From IMG/VR virus record IMGVR_UViG_3300021400_001341, positions 32,001-96,000 of that record: DNA of 64,000 bases. One strand, written 5' to 3'. This stretch comes from a virus. Lineage: Duplodnaviria > Caudoviricetes. The translations under genes and the position numbers were made by a program. The notes under the pieces are model-generated. The model was not told the DNA's origin. It worked only from the letters and a program-made list of their open reading frames with translations, and searched no databases. Of the stretch, positions 30,834 through 41,294 are shown in pieces. Within the stretch, counting starts at the first letter, position 1; each line of letters begins with the position of its first letter.

Positions 30834-32574
30834 GTTATACAGTAATTTAATAGCATCACTTTTTCTGCGTTTCTCGTGCTTCAAAACACGAGTTACAAGC
30901 TCTTGCATCCATTTCACAATCCCACTTGTCACAGTAATTGTAATACCAATGGTAATGTATGCAATCGTCACAACTCATTTTGTATTCACCTCCGAAACAG
31001 CTAGTAAAACAGCAATCTTAATTGTCTGTTTTTCGCCTATCTACATAGTCTCCGATATTCACGGAATTATAATAATCTTCCGTAACATTCCACCATTCTT
31101 TTCCATCTTCGTTCTCGACAAGAATGCTCCATGAATCAGAATGTGATATCCATCGTGGAATAATCTGTGTATGTTTATTCTGTATCATTATAATAGGTTG
31201 ATATGTTCGATGTGCTGGAACAAACGATTTGTTTTTAACTGTTCCGTTATTTATATGGGTGCAACCTGTCAGACAAACCATCATGGCAAATAGGAGTGCC
31301 ACAATTATGATGCGTTTCATACTATGTTGTCGCCTTCTTCCTTGGCTAGTATCTGCATTTTCCATTTTCCATCTTTGATTCCCATTTCAATTAACGGGCA
31401 CCATTCTGGTCTCTTTGTAAAAGGATCATCTATTTCATCATCGTAAAAACTTTTATGATTGATTCCACAGTTTACATAATCATTGTTACATGGGCAATCT
31501 GAACGATTCTTAGGCATAGGAATATCAATTATTATCATCCCATTTCACAGGCTTCCCACACTCATGGCAAAACTTGTCATTCGGATTGATCGCTGTTTTG
31601 CAGTTCCCACAGACATTCCACCATGTGGTACCGCCGCCGGAATGTTCACGCTCCGGTTTTACTGCTTCCTGCTCTTTTAGCGGACACCATTCCGGTCTTT
31701 TCTTGTCATCCGTATTTCCGCAGAAATTGTCTGGCATTGCTTTACAAAAATCGTATTCCGTATTAAATCGGCACTCATCGCAATTGTCCGGCATGTCTAT
31801 ATCAATCATAATCATTTCACTTCACCGACCTTCCACTTCATCATCCATTTTTGCACCGCAATGTCCGCAAAACTGTGACAGTTTCTTTTTCATCGGATAT
31901 CTGTCGAACATCTTAGTATGGCATTCAGAACAGTAAACCCCTTCGTTTGCACAAAATTGCAAGTAAATCCAATGCCCGGTCTTTGGTTCAACCGCTTTCT
32001 GCTCTTTCAGCAGAGCAAGGGTATCCTCGATCATCTGTCCCATGCAGTATTCAGGTTCACTTATCGCTCTGAACTCCATGCCTTTACAGAGTTCATACGG
32101 ATTGCTGTCCCTAAATATTTCCCATGCTTCGATGAGCCTGTCAATATCATGCATTTCGCTTCACCGCCTTACAGCACACTTTGGGCAATCAATTTCAGGT
32201 TTATTTTTGTTTCCAAACGGCTTACATATGGTATAGCCACATACCGGGCATTTCCACATCCATTGTTCAATCATTCTTCGTCTATCTTCGCTATGCACCT
32301 TGGTATATCCATCATATTTCCATTCAGTCATTCCACTTCACCTCTTGTCCACATTCAAAGCAGAACCTTCCTTTTAAAACCGCATTACATTTCGGACATC
32401 TCCTGTTCAGGAAACTGTCCACAACCGGCTCAAGTGGCTCCTGCTTCTTCATGTATTTAACCGCATGTATAAGATAGCCTACATGAACGCGGACAAGAAT
32501 CTTATCCATATTCTCATCAATTATTTTTTGTATATTATCAATGCATTCTTTACGTGTCATCCAACGTCACCACC

Positions 32575-32847
32575 TTAAAGTGTTCCTAATATAAATTGAA
32601 TAGCATTGATTTTTTCTTCTTTTGACATAGTTGATACTATTTCTTCTATTCTTCGCCTGTCTTTTGCTTCAGCGTCTGTAACTTCTCCAAGGAAATGTGT
32701 GATGGCATCTTCGTGCTTTGATGGAATTTTTGATACGCCGGAAAGCCACTTTGAAATCATGCTTCTCGAAACGCCAATACGATCTGCTAATTCAGAAGGT
32801 TTTATCCCTTTCAACACTAAGGAATATCGCAAGTCTTTACTTGTCAT
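32575..32847 (-). CDS. XRE-family HTH transcriptional regulator
   Basis: KPSELADRIGVSRSMISKWLSG. Confidence 0.8.
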   Translation of the reverse strand: MTSKDLRYSLVLKGIKPSELADRIGVSRSMISKWLSGVSKIPSKHEDAITHFLGEVTDAEAKDRRRIEEIVSTMSKEEKINAIQFILGTL

Positions 32848-33243
32848 TCCACATCACCGCCTGCCCGCAATATCCGCACCAATGCGGATATGTATCGTTC
32901 CACATTACAATGCCACACTTCGGACAGTGCCCGCGTTTGATGCTGAATATTTGTTCCGTTACTTCAACATGCTTCGGTTCATGCATTTTCAGTAGTTCCT
33001 CCGCCATTTCTTTAGCCCATGGATCAACGTCCATTGCTGTTTTTATGTGGTCAATCAGGGATTGTATTGGTACTTTCCATTTATACATAGTAGAACCATC
33101 CTTTTTCAATAGTCTCGTTCCGCTTGGCGGCATTCTCTATCCAAGCTCTTCTACTCGCAAGCGTTACTCGCCTGTGTTTTCATCGTGTGACCACGCCCTC
33201 GCGTATCCAGTGGGGAGACTGTTATTTGAATTGTTGTACGAGA

Positions 33244-33290
33244 TTGACATTTCTATTTTTCTTCCACTATAATCTCTCTTTAAAGGAGAG
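33244..33290 (+). promoter_or_regulatory. Sigma-A consensus promoter and RBS of the integrase
   Basis: TTGACA(33244)-18nt-TATAAT(33268); RBS AAGGAG lies inside a CTCTC/GAGAG hairpin. Confidence 0.75.
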
Positions 33291-33297
33291 TGTTTAT

Positions 33298-34407
33298 ATG
33301 TCTGACAAGAAAGGTAAACCTAAAGGTAGAGGTAACGGTCAGGGTACCGCCATTCTTTCAAAAAATAAGAAATCATGGATTGCCATAGTAACTGTCGGCA
33401 AAAAGATTGTTGATGGCAAATTCTATACTGTCAGAAAGAAAAAGAGTGGTTTCCCTACAAAGAAAGCTGCCCTTGCTTACTGTCCTACTCTTTTAGCTGA
33501 AGGCCGTATAGACAAACATGCACGTTATACGCTTCAAGAGGTTTATGAAATGTGGGAATCATATTATGAACCTCGTGTTGGAACTTCAACAATGGACAAC
33601 TATAAATACGCTTATAAACATTTTAAGCCGCTACATTCAATATACATAGACAGTATAGAGCCTGAGAACTTACAGGAATGCATCGATAAGTGTAAGTCCG
33701 GAAAACGTACTCATCAGAACATGAAGGTTACAGCCGGGCTCATCTGGGCATGGGCTGTAGACCACAAGATTTTAGATAGAGACATTACGCGAAACTTATT
33801 TATCGGTCATTTAGAATCCACAAAACGTGAACCGCTTACAGACGAAGAAGTAAAAATGTTTAAGAACGCTATCGGTAAAGAGAAGTACGCTGAGTACATT
33901 TACTGCTTGTGTTATCTTGGTTTCCGTCCAGGTGAACTGTTGGAGCTTAAGAAGGACGCTCTTCATGAAGAAGAAATAGACGGAAAGAAAATCTATTATT
34001 TCATCGGTGGCAAGAAGACAGAGGCCGGACGAAACAGGACGGTCATTATTCCATCTCAGATACTGGATATCGTTCTCCAACGGAAAGAAGTCGAAGGAAC
34101 AGACTTATTATTTCCACAGTATGTCTATTCCAAAAAGAAGCCATATGACTTTATCAGATTTAAACAGATGACTGATGAATATCTTCGAGATTCCATATTT
34201 AAGAAGATGGCTAAGAAGTTCGGTATTGATTCCAAGAAGGTTCCGTATTGTGCAAGACATACTTATGCTGATAAACTTGAGAAAGCTGCCGGCAAAGATA
34301 AAGACAAAGCGAAGCTCATCGGGCACTCGGACTTTTCATTCACTCAGCACAAATATCAGTCTACAGATATCGCCGACTTAAATACGGTCGTAGAGAGCAT
34401 AGAATGA
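33298..34407 (+). CDS. int: Tyrosine recombinase / phage integrase
   Basis: Start moved to ATG 33298 based on RBS and promoter. Arm-binding N-terminus RGNGQGT; catalytic motifs GFRPGE, KTEAG, YCARHTY, IGH and KY. Confidence 0.9.
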   Translation: MSDKKGKPKGRGNGQGTAILSKNKKSWIAIVTVGKKIVDGKFYTVRKKKSGFPTKKAALAYCPTLLAEGRIDKHARYTLQEVYEMWESYYEPRVGTSTMDNYKYAYKHFKPLHSIYIDSIEPENLQECIDKCKSGKRTHQNMKVTAGLIWAWAVDHKILDRDITRNLFIGHLESTKREPLTDEEVKMFKNAIGKEKYAEYIYCLCYLGFRPGELLELKKDALHEEEIDGKKIYYFIGGKKTEAGRNRTVIIPSQILDIVLQRKEVEGTDLLFPQYVYSKKKPYDFIRFKQMTDEYLRDSIFKKMAKKFGIDSKKVPYCARHTYADKLEKAAGKDKDKAKLIGHSDFSFTQHKYQSTDIADLNTVVESIE

Positions 34408-34592
34408 TGGAAATTCTTCTTTGAATGGTATCTTTGTTGGTATTTCAATTGCGTTAAACGGAACATTACAATGTGGACAAAATCGGGGTGTTACTATGTT
34501 ATCTTCGCAATCTATACGTTCTTCAATTATTTTTCTGCAGTTAGTACAAACTGGAAGAAATTTAATCGATGTTGCTATCATATTTTTTACTC

Positions 34593-34795
34593 CTATTGTT
34601 CCGCTATTGTTCCATAAATGCCTGGAAGCTTTATTTTATAGTCTTATCTGCTTGAATGGGGTTCAAGAGGCCGGAGGTTCGAATCCTCTCACCCAGACTG
34701 AAAATCCTTGAGTTGTAAAGCTCGGGGATTTTTCTTTTTTGAAAAAATTCGTATTGATTTGAAAAAACTTGTTGTATTGTTCCACCTATTGTTCC
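34593..34795 (+). other. attP: 3' portion of tRNA-Pro(GGG) as core, flanked by paired TATTGTTCC arm repeats
   Basis: Core 34650-34698 is CTTGA ATGGGGT TCAAG AGGCC GGAGG TTCGAAT CCTCT CACCCAG with no 5' half. Terminator at 34701-34740. Repeats at 34594, 34605, 34775 and 34787. Confidence 0.85.
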
Positions 34796-35208
34796 GCTAA
34801 TGTTATCCGTAATTCCTTTTTATATCGATAATAAGTGTTCCTAGCAATATTTAATTTTTTTATTAATTCGGTGTCTGTCATTAATCCATTAAAATCTTTA
34901 GAGTATTTTAGTATTTCTGGTTTTATAAATGTTGATTTTTTTGTTGTCAGTTTAACGCCCTTTTTCCCGCCTAACTGTTTGCCTTCTTGTTTACGACGTT
35001 TTAATCCAAGCTTAGTTAGTACTCCTTTTGGCGTAAGTCTATTATGACAAGGCTCGCATATTGCAATCCAGTTTTCTATTATATCTGGTCCATCTACACA
35101 TAAAGGTATGATGTGATGAATCTCTAGAGGCCTATTTCGTCCGCAGAGTTCACATACGTTATATTCTTTTAAGTAGTCCTTATGCGTATATGCTTTATAT
35201 TCTTTCAT
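34786..35208 (-). CDS. HNH endonuclease domain fused to a resolvase-type HTH
   Basis: CELCG..LEIHHIIP..N...CEPCH; C-terminal LNIARNTYYRY. Confidence 0.7.
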   Translation of the reverse strand: MKEYKAYTHKDYLKEYNVCELCGRNRPLEIHHIIPLCVDGPDIIENWIAICEPCHNRLTPKGVLTKLGLKRRKQEGKQLGGKKGVKLTTKKSTFIKPEILKYSKDFNGLMTDTELIKKLNIARNTYYRYKKELRITLAEQ

Positions 35209-35414
35209 CGGCTATCATTTCCTTCAAACCATTTTATAAAAGCCTGTCGCGGTATTTTCACTCGTGTGCCAATCTTTGATGCAGAAAACCCAAGCTGTTT
35301 TATATCTTGCGCAGCTTGATAACGTATAACATTAGGATCGCATTCCAATATAGGTGCAACGTCATTAGGAGTAAGGATTTCCTTACTCATTTTTTTTATA
35401 TCTTCAATTGTCAT
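35205..35414 (-). CDS. Excisionase-like winged HTH protein
   Basis: ILTPNDVAPIL...KIGTRVKIPRQAFIKW, located next to attP. Confidence 0.6.
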   Translation of the reverse strand: MTIEDIKKMSKEILTPNDVAPILECDPNVIRYQAAQDIKQLGFSASKIGTRVKIPRQAFIKWFEGNDSR

Positions 35415-35449
35415 AAGATCCTCCGCATATAAACAGTTTACAAGTTAAA

Positions 35450-35523
35450 CTGGGGTGGCTGGACTCGAACCAGCGCGTCCGGGAGTCAAAGTCCCGTGCC
35501 TTAACCAGCTTGGCTACACCCCA
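35450..35523 (-). tRNA. tRNA-Gln(TTG)
   Basis: Full cloverleaf; anticodon arm CGGGA CTTTGAC TCCCG; no encoded CCA. Confidence 0.92.
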
Positions 35524-35646
35524 TAGTGGCAACTGGATAGCTAATCCTTCTTCTGACCGACAGTTGCCATGCCGTCATTCGTTTCAGTTTTTGTCATTCT
35601 TTGTGTGGTGAAACGAATCAAGAACCACACATCAGTCGCGACAACG

Positions 35647-35719
35647 TACTTCCGGCTGGATTCGAACCAGCGACCGACGGCTTATAAGGCCGCAACTCTC
35701 ACCTCTGAGTTACGGAAGC
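35647..35719 (-). tRNA. tRNA-Ile(TAT)
   Basis: Acceptor GCTTCCG/CGGAAGT; anticodon arm GCGGC CTTATAA GCCGT; T-arm GCTGG TTCGAAT CCAGC. Confidence 0.85.
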
Positions 35720-35882
35720 AAAAGGAAGGCAGAAGTTCTTTTATCATGAACTTGGAACCTGTTTTTATTCATGGTTTTATTATGCGCACCCAAGTCCTTT
35801 TTATCCGCCCGACTAAGGAAGCGGGCCAATCTGTGCATTTGGTGAACTTCTCTAAGGGGCGTCCCCCTATGTGAACCCTCCA

Positions 35883-35969
35883 TGGTGCCATTGGCGGGAT
35901 TTGAACCCGCAATCCCTTTCGGGCGTCAGATTTTAAGTCTGAATTGTATACCGGTTCCAACACAATGGC
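35883..35969 (-). tRNA. tRNA-Leu(TAA)
   Basis: Anticodon arm TCAGA CTTAAAA TCTGA, long variable arm, encoded CCA. Confidence 0.92.
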
Positions 35970-36190
35970 GTGAACGAGGAGATGTGTTAGCATCTCCTTT
36001 GTAAATTATGATGAAGTGATTGCTAAAGATATTTCTTTACGCTGATCCCCTGGATAACGAGCCGGCGCATTAATACCAAGCAGCCACACAACGGTTTCGT
36101 CTTCTTCCTGATCATATGTGTATGCAACTATATATGTTGTGTTTATTCGAACGCTCATTTCTTTTCCTTTGAGACTTACATACTTTAAAT

Positions 36191-36373
36191 TCATGCTGTA
36201 TTACCTCTGTAGGATAAATCTTCTGCTGTTTTAAATCTGCATATTGCTTTTTCATAAGTCGTGAATTTTCTTGAACATTTTGGACATTCTCTTCTTCGTT
36301 TTGTTTGATGGTCGGATGTTTCTCTCGTGTCAATCACCCTTGTTTTTTTGTTTCCGCATTCAGGGCATATCAT
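36191..36373 (-). CDS. NrdR-like zinc-ribbon protein (no ATP cone)
   Basis: MICPECG...TRVIDTR....KRRRECPKCSRKFTTYE. Confidence 0.75.
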   Translation of the reverse strand: MICPECGNKKTRVIDTRETSDHQTKRRRECPKCSRKFTTYEKAICRFKTAEDLSYRGNTA

Positions 36374-36818
36374 TCAGATCACCACCGTTAATCCATTGGC
36401 AAAAGCAGGCTTATTGCAAAAGTAAAAAATACAGCAACAAAAAGCATTACATAAAAAAACTCATCATTCGGATCCATTCTCATTTGCGTTTTCCTCCTCT
36501 GATAATATCCATTGGCCAATCTTTGTTCCGCACTTATGGCAGAACTTCGGCTTGTTTTTGAGAGGCAATCTGCAACCACAGCTTCCGCAATACCAGTGAG
36601 TCTTATCTTTTGCTTTCGGGTTAACTTCGTTTTTATATGCTTTTCTGATTAAATTGAGAACATCTCTGTTAAGGTCTGTCCAGCATATAAGCCTGGCCTG
36701 ATCATATTTAGAATAATACGGGCATTTAAGTTCCTCGCACGACACGTCACTTGTTGTCATACGAATACAGCACTCAACACCTTTTATCACTTTGTCTACA
36801 TCCGGCATAACAAACTCC

Positions 36819-37118
36819 TTATAAGTAATTTTTGCCAAACAGCTTCATCCACATTTCATGAGAATATTTCTTCTCAAAAGCTTTCTGCGCTATGCATTCA
36901 AGTTTTCTGTCAAGATCTTTATCTTTATCGTGAAGTAATCTATGAATGTCACTTCTGAGCCAAACCCACAAGCCATACTTATCAGCAATTTTTCTGTTAG
37001 CAAAGCCGTGGATGCAATGATGTTGTTCAAGATTGATCTGGCTTCCAGAAATAAAGCATTTCTTTTCTCCTGTCTGGATTATCGAATCAGCCATGTCTCT
37101 TTTTTCCCCAAAGTTCAA
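36819..37118 (-). CDS. Small phage HNH-like protein
   Basis: CFISG..LEQHHCIHG..NRKIADKYGLWVWL. Confidence 0.55.
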   Translation of the reverse strand: MNFGEKRDMADSIIQTGEKKCFISGSQINLEQHHCIHGFANRKIADKYGLWVWLRSDIHRLLHDKDKDLDRKLECIAQKAFEKKYSHEMWMKLFGKNYL

Positions 37119-37620
37119 GCAAGCGATCTGTTTCTTTTTCAGTCATCGTGCTTATGCCGAGAGCGTCAGCATCTTGCTTGAGCGAATCGATAAGCGCAGA
37201 CATTTGGCCAGCGTCATACGTCGATGAACCGTACCAGAGAGTAACGTTCATAAAGCCTTCGAAGGCGCTTTCTACGGCTTCTGTTTGCCACCCTTCCCCG
37301 TGTGCTTCCCAGCCTTTACATAGGTGCTCTACGGCTTCTGAGGCAACGCAAACGATGTCTGATACACCACCGATATCACGTATTGCATTTCTGTACACTT
37401 CAGATTTTTTCATATGCTGTTTTTCGGCTATTTTATCTATAATAGACCAACAATAAGCATTTGCGTCTAGACTTCTGCGTTTGAAGAATCTTTTTATTTC
37501 AACAACTATATCTTTACCAAACAACTCGTCGAACGTTTCTCTGAAATCTGACTGGACAACTACTGTTATATTCTGCGTTCCATCAAGATTGACGGTTAGA
37601 TCTTTTAGTTTTCCAAGCAT
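37087..37620 (-). CDS. NinB/Orf-like recombination protein
   Basis: RSLDANAYCW ... GSSTYDAGQMSALID. Confidence 0.6.
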   Translation of the reverse strand: MLGKLKDLTVNLDGTQNITVVVQSDFRETFDELFGKDIVVEIKRFFKRRSLDANAYCWSIIDKIAEKQHMKKSEVYRNAIRDIGGVSDIVCVASEAVEHLCKGWEAHGEGWQTEAVESAFEGFMNVTLWYGSSTYDAGQMSALIDSLKQDADALGISTMTEKETDRLLELWGKKRHG

Positions 37621-37643
37621 ATAGTTCCCTCACTTGCTGCTTG

Positions 37644-38057
37644 TTAAGCTATGAATTTTATTTTGATCAATCTGTCTCCGTTTTGAAAACAACGGTTACC
37701 TTTCGCTGTTCCTTTAACGACAATGTGGTTCTGTAATTCGTTTTTTGAAAACTTGATATCGCTTATTGTTTCAAAGCATGGCATGCAAACAGCATGTTTA
37801 AAGTCAGATGCACATTTGAATCCTGTCGGAATTACAAACTCATGATTGTCTGTTAAGCTGATGTTGCTTGGACAATACATTTCATACGTGTTGAATGCTG
37901 ACCATGACGGCGGTAACAAAAATTCATGTTGTATTGTCAGCCAATGTTCCATGTTGCTGTCATTTCCAGTTTCAAAAAAGGTAAGATATTCTTCAAGAGG
38001 AACCTTTTCAAAAACTATTTCCACATGGATCTCCTCCTTAAAAAGACCCTGCCTCAA
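37644..38057 (-). CDS. Degenerate dUTPase-like protein
   Basis: FEKVPLEEY, VIPTGFKC, HIVVK and GDRL remnants; catalytic motifs are not evident. Confidence 0.35.
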   Translation of the reverse strand: MRQGLFKEEIHVEIVFEKVPLEEYLTFFETGNDSNMEHWLTIQHEFLLPPSWSAFNTYEMYCPSNISLTDNHEFVIPTGFKCASDFKHAVCMPCFETISDIKFSKNELQNHIVVKGTAKGNRCFQNGDRLIKIKFIA

Positions 38058-38471
38058 ATGAGGCAGGGAATAGTCAATCTTCGTTCAGAAGTTTCATAAA
38101 TTCATCTTCAGATATGCTAAAGTTGTGGACATCATTGATTATCTTATATAGTTTTCTAAAATATTGATCTAAAATTTTGTCGAGCTCAATTCTTACTTTC
38201 TTACCGAGGATCTCGGCGTCAATGTGCGATGCGTCTGCGTTGATGTTAAGAGTGTTTGAAACCCAGTCTCTATATGGACTGTTCATCGTAATCCAATTAT
38301 CATACGTGTTGTTGGTCGTTGTGTATATGGTGTTTGCGTGTGTGCCAACCGTAATTTCGTCTAAGTTAGCAGTAGTCCACGTAGTTCCAGTTACGTATTC
38401 GCCAAGCGGATCTGCTGTATAATCGGTGTTTACCGTTAAAGGTGTTCTAAATTCCGGGTCATGAGGTGGCA

Positions 38472-39062
38472 TTAAATATCATCTACCTTACTTGCTAACA
38501 TGTCTGCTGCGTGAGTCCAGTATACGTTCTGATATTTACGAATAGCTTTGTCGAATTCCGTCCATTCTTCTTTCTCGTATGGGCCCATATGATATCGGAT
38601 GCACAGCATTTCTTCTTCTGTCAACGTAATAAACTGAGACAGGATCATGACAGACTTAGATCCGTGTCCTTTTAACATGGTGTCGTTGTTGTATTCATAG
38701 TGGTATCCTGTCGGCCCTGTTATTTCGGTTCCATTATATGTAACGACTGTACCACCGACCTTCTTGTACTGATCACACTTACACAGGTCGTGGAACATTC
38801 CAACGATAAACGGACTTTCTGGGCGTTGCCATGTCAGACCGTTGTTTTCTGTAAGATTTCTCAGTCTAATAAATACCTGCCTGCTGTGATCATACAATCC
38901 TCCTTCATAAGCTCCGTGGTATTTTGTCGAAGCTGGGGATGTAAAGAAATTATCGTTTAAATACGCCATAAGATCAGGATTTACCACGAGACGTAACCCG
39001 CCCTCTGAAGCAAAGTCGCTCCAGAGGTTAGCAAAATCTGTTATCCGTTCATCTTTTGTCAT
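38472..39062 (-). CDS. HD-domain phosphohydrolase
   Basis: PASTKYHG..EGGLYDHS, FHDLCK, GHGSKS, IRYHMG and HAADM motifs. Confidence 0.85.
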   Translation of the reverse strand: MTKDERITDFANLWSDFASEGGLRLVVNPDLMAYLNDNFFTSPASTKYHGAYEGGLYDHSRQVFIRLRNLTENNGLTWQRPESPFIVGMFHDLCKCDQYKKVGGTVVTYNGTEITGPTGYHYEYNNDTMLKGHGSKSVMILSQFITLTEEEMLCIRYHMGPYEKEEWTEFDKAIRKYQNVYWTHAADMLASKVDDI

Positions 39063-39815
39063 ATCGTACTCCTATACTGCTCAACACACATTGTAATTGC
39101 TTCGAGCCTGTCGGAAATCTTGTTATACTCGCTCGTCATTTCGTCAATCTTTGTTCTGTATTCCTGCTTCTTTTCTGTCAAAGTTTTCATTTCAGTCTCC
39201 ATTGCAGTAATAAGAGACGTATCGTCTGTAATCTTTGCAACAGGTTCTGGCGTAACTTTCACTACAGGCTCCGGCATAACCTTTACAATAGGTCCAACAG
39301 CAACCTTTACTTCTTTGGATGGCTTTGTGTCGTCTTTATGTCGCCTCATTCCAAAGCGATTGTATTCATACATATACACACGTTTCTTTGCTTTCTGCTC
39401 TGGAAGATTGAGATTATTCATACACCATTTTACAGGGTCGCCGGAAGCAACTGCGTCTTCGTACCATTTTGAAACCGGGCGCTCGGTTTCCTTCTTCCCT
39501 TTATTCATCTCTACTACCTCTTCTTTAATCTCAATGGGAACTTCTTTATTTTTTCTTACGAATGGATTGTTGACTTCCGGCTCTGACGCCTTGGGGGCGT
39601 CAATGCCGTCGTAAAGCTCGAGAGCCCTAATCCCCGCACTGCACTTCTGCGCACACTCCCGGCACGGGCCAATCGCTCCCTGGCTTTTGGCGCACCACTT
39701 CATAATTTTGCGCCTTAAATCAATGAGATCCATTTGATCGACATCGTATTGATTTGGAAACTCAAATTTTGTGCTTTTACTCAACAAGGGATCGTATGGC
39801 ATTGTAGTGTTCTCC

Positions 39816-40442
39816 TTATTCAAATATCATCCATGAGTTATCAAGTGTGTGAGCCCAGTCAATAAACTGTTTCCATTCAACAAGTTTATGGCCTTCTCTT
39901 TGTTTTACAATGTTTCGAAGTGCAGCATATGACATACAGACAGTACGTTTCTGCAGATATGATTGAGGAAGAGCCTGAATAATGCTTCTCCAGATTTCTT
40001 TCTTTTCTTCAGGATTGTGCTCAAATCTCCAGGCTTCCATGCTTGTGTTTAAACTCTCTATTACATAATCCAGAAAGTCATTGTTCATGCTGTCGTGCTC
40101 AAAGTCGTCTCTTGTTAAAGGTCTGGCCATTAATTTATGCATTGTGGAACATGAAACCTTTTCGACTCCTGCGCGATATGTGTCAAATTCGTTCCACCAG
40201 TATCTGGGCGCAGTTATGTCTGTCCACACAAATATCATTCTTAAGTGTTTGCAGTGTTCCGAACCAGCCCGTTGAAGACGAACAGACAGCTCTTTATCTG
40301 TTTCTCCAACTTCATATTTTAGTTTTGAATCATCGTTATGATATATCAATCGTGAATCTGACTTATCCCAGCTGTCCATCGGATTTCTCATTCCGTGAAT
40401 GGCTGGAAATACTCCTGATATTTCTTTAGTCTCTATATTCAT
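39816..40442 (-). CDS. ThyX-like (flavin-dependent thymidylate synthase fold) phage protein
   Basis: GMRNP..SW, APRYWWNEFDTYR, SCSTMHKL, LPQSYLQKR and QREGHKL motifs. Confidence 0.6.
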   Translation of the reverse strand: MNIETKEISGVFPAIHGMRNPMDSWDKSDSRLIYHNDDSKLKYEVGETDKELSVRLQRAGSEHCKHLRMIFVWTDITAPRYWWNEFDTYRAGVEKVSCSTMHKLMARPLTRDDFEHDSMNNDFLDYVIESLNTSMEAWRFEHNPEEKKEIWRSIIQALPQSYLQKRTVCMSYAALRNIVKQREGHKLVEWKQFIDWAHTLDNSWMIFE

Positions 40443-40670
40443 GTCCTGTCGCCTCCTTGTATGCGTTTCTTACTTTGACAAGCTCTTCAAGAATTTCATC
40501 GTTTGTTTGCTGAAGAGCGTAATTGTCTCTGATTAATTTCTCAACACACTCTTTTACATCTCTTGTGTTGTAATCTTCAGGACAATATGCGCATAGCCGC
40601 ATACATGGGCCTTCATATGATGTGAGCTTATGTATAAGCTCTTTCGGAGTTAAAGACATGATAACCCTCC

Positions 40671-41294
40671 TCACAAAATATCTTCTAAAGTGTTGATAAT
40701 TTGTTCGCAGGCTTTGTTTTCAATGCAGTATTTTGCGTCGAGTTCCCAGTCATTATTCCGCTTCTTCATGATAAGAGATTTGGAAATTCCAGAATGGTCA
40801 GCAATAAACTCTTTCATCTTCTTAAGTTGTTTCTTATAGCTTTCTGTTGCGTCAAGAACTTTTACAGCGTCTCCGCTAATTTCGTTCTGACCTTCATGTA
40901 TAATCATTTTAGAATTTTTCATCATATAGCGCTTATGACCAGCTAAGAAAATAAGCGCAGCTGCAGATCCAGCCATGAACAAATTGATCGTATAAATCGG
41001 GGTAATAGATGCTTCCATTGTGTCGATCAAAGGCCACATATAGAATACCAAGCCGCCAGAGGAATGAACAAACATTTTGATTGGCTGTCTGTCTTCGACT
41101 TTCTTTCCTTTGTCTTCAAGATTCCACCGCACAATCATTCTTTGAACTGCCATAACATCGTATTCGATATCACAGTCAAGATAAATAATCCGCTCTTTTT
41201 CAAGAATGTAATATGTTATTTGATCTGGATCTGGCAGACATAAACTTTGAGCTTCTGCAACAGCTTCCGGGAATTGAATAATTTCCAAAGTCAT
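40671..41294 (-). CDS. clpP: ClpP-like protease
   Basis: VHSSGG, MAGSAAALIFLAG (Ser), MIIHEG (His) and DWEL (Asp). Confidence 0.85.
   Translation of the reverse strand: MTLEIIQFPEAVAEAQSLCLPDPDQITYYILEKERIIYLDCDIEYDVMAVQRMIVRWNLEDKGKKVEDRQPIKMFVHSSGGLVFYMWPLIDTMEASITPIYTINLFMAGSAAALIFLAGHKRYMMKNSKMIIHEGQNEISGDAVKVLDATESYKKQLKKMKEFIADHSGISKSLIMKKRNNDWELDAKYCIENKACEQIINTLEDIL

Noticed and set aside
34650-34698. Functional tRNA-Pro gene
   Set aside because: The 5' acceptor strand and D-arm are missing; interpreted as the attP core.
35725-35880. A fifth retron cassette or a tRNA between tRNA-Ile and tRNA-Leu
   Set aside because: It has an AGAAGTTC/GAACTTCT inverted repeat but lacks the AU-G / AG-AU junction, the capped hairpin and a cloverleaf.
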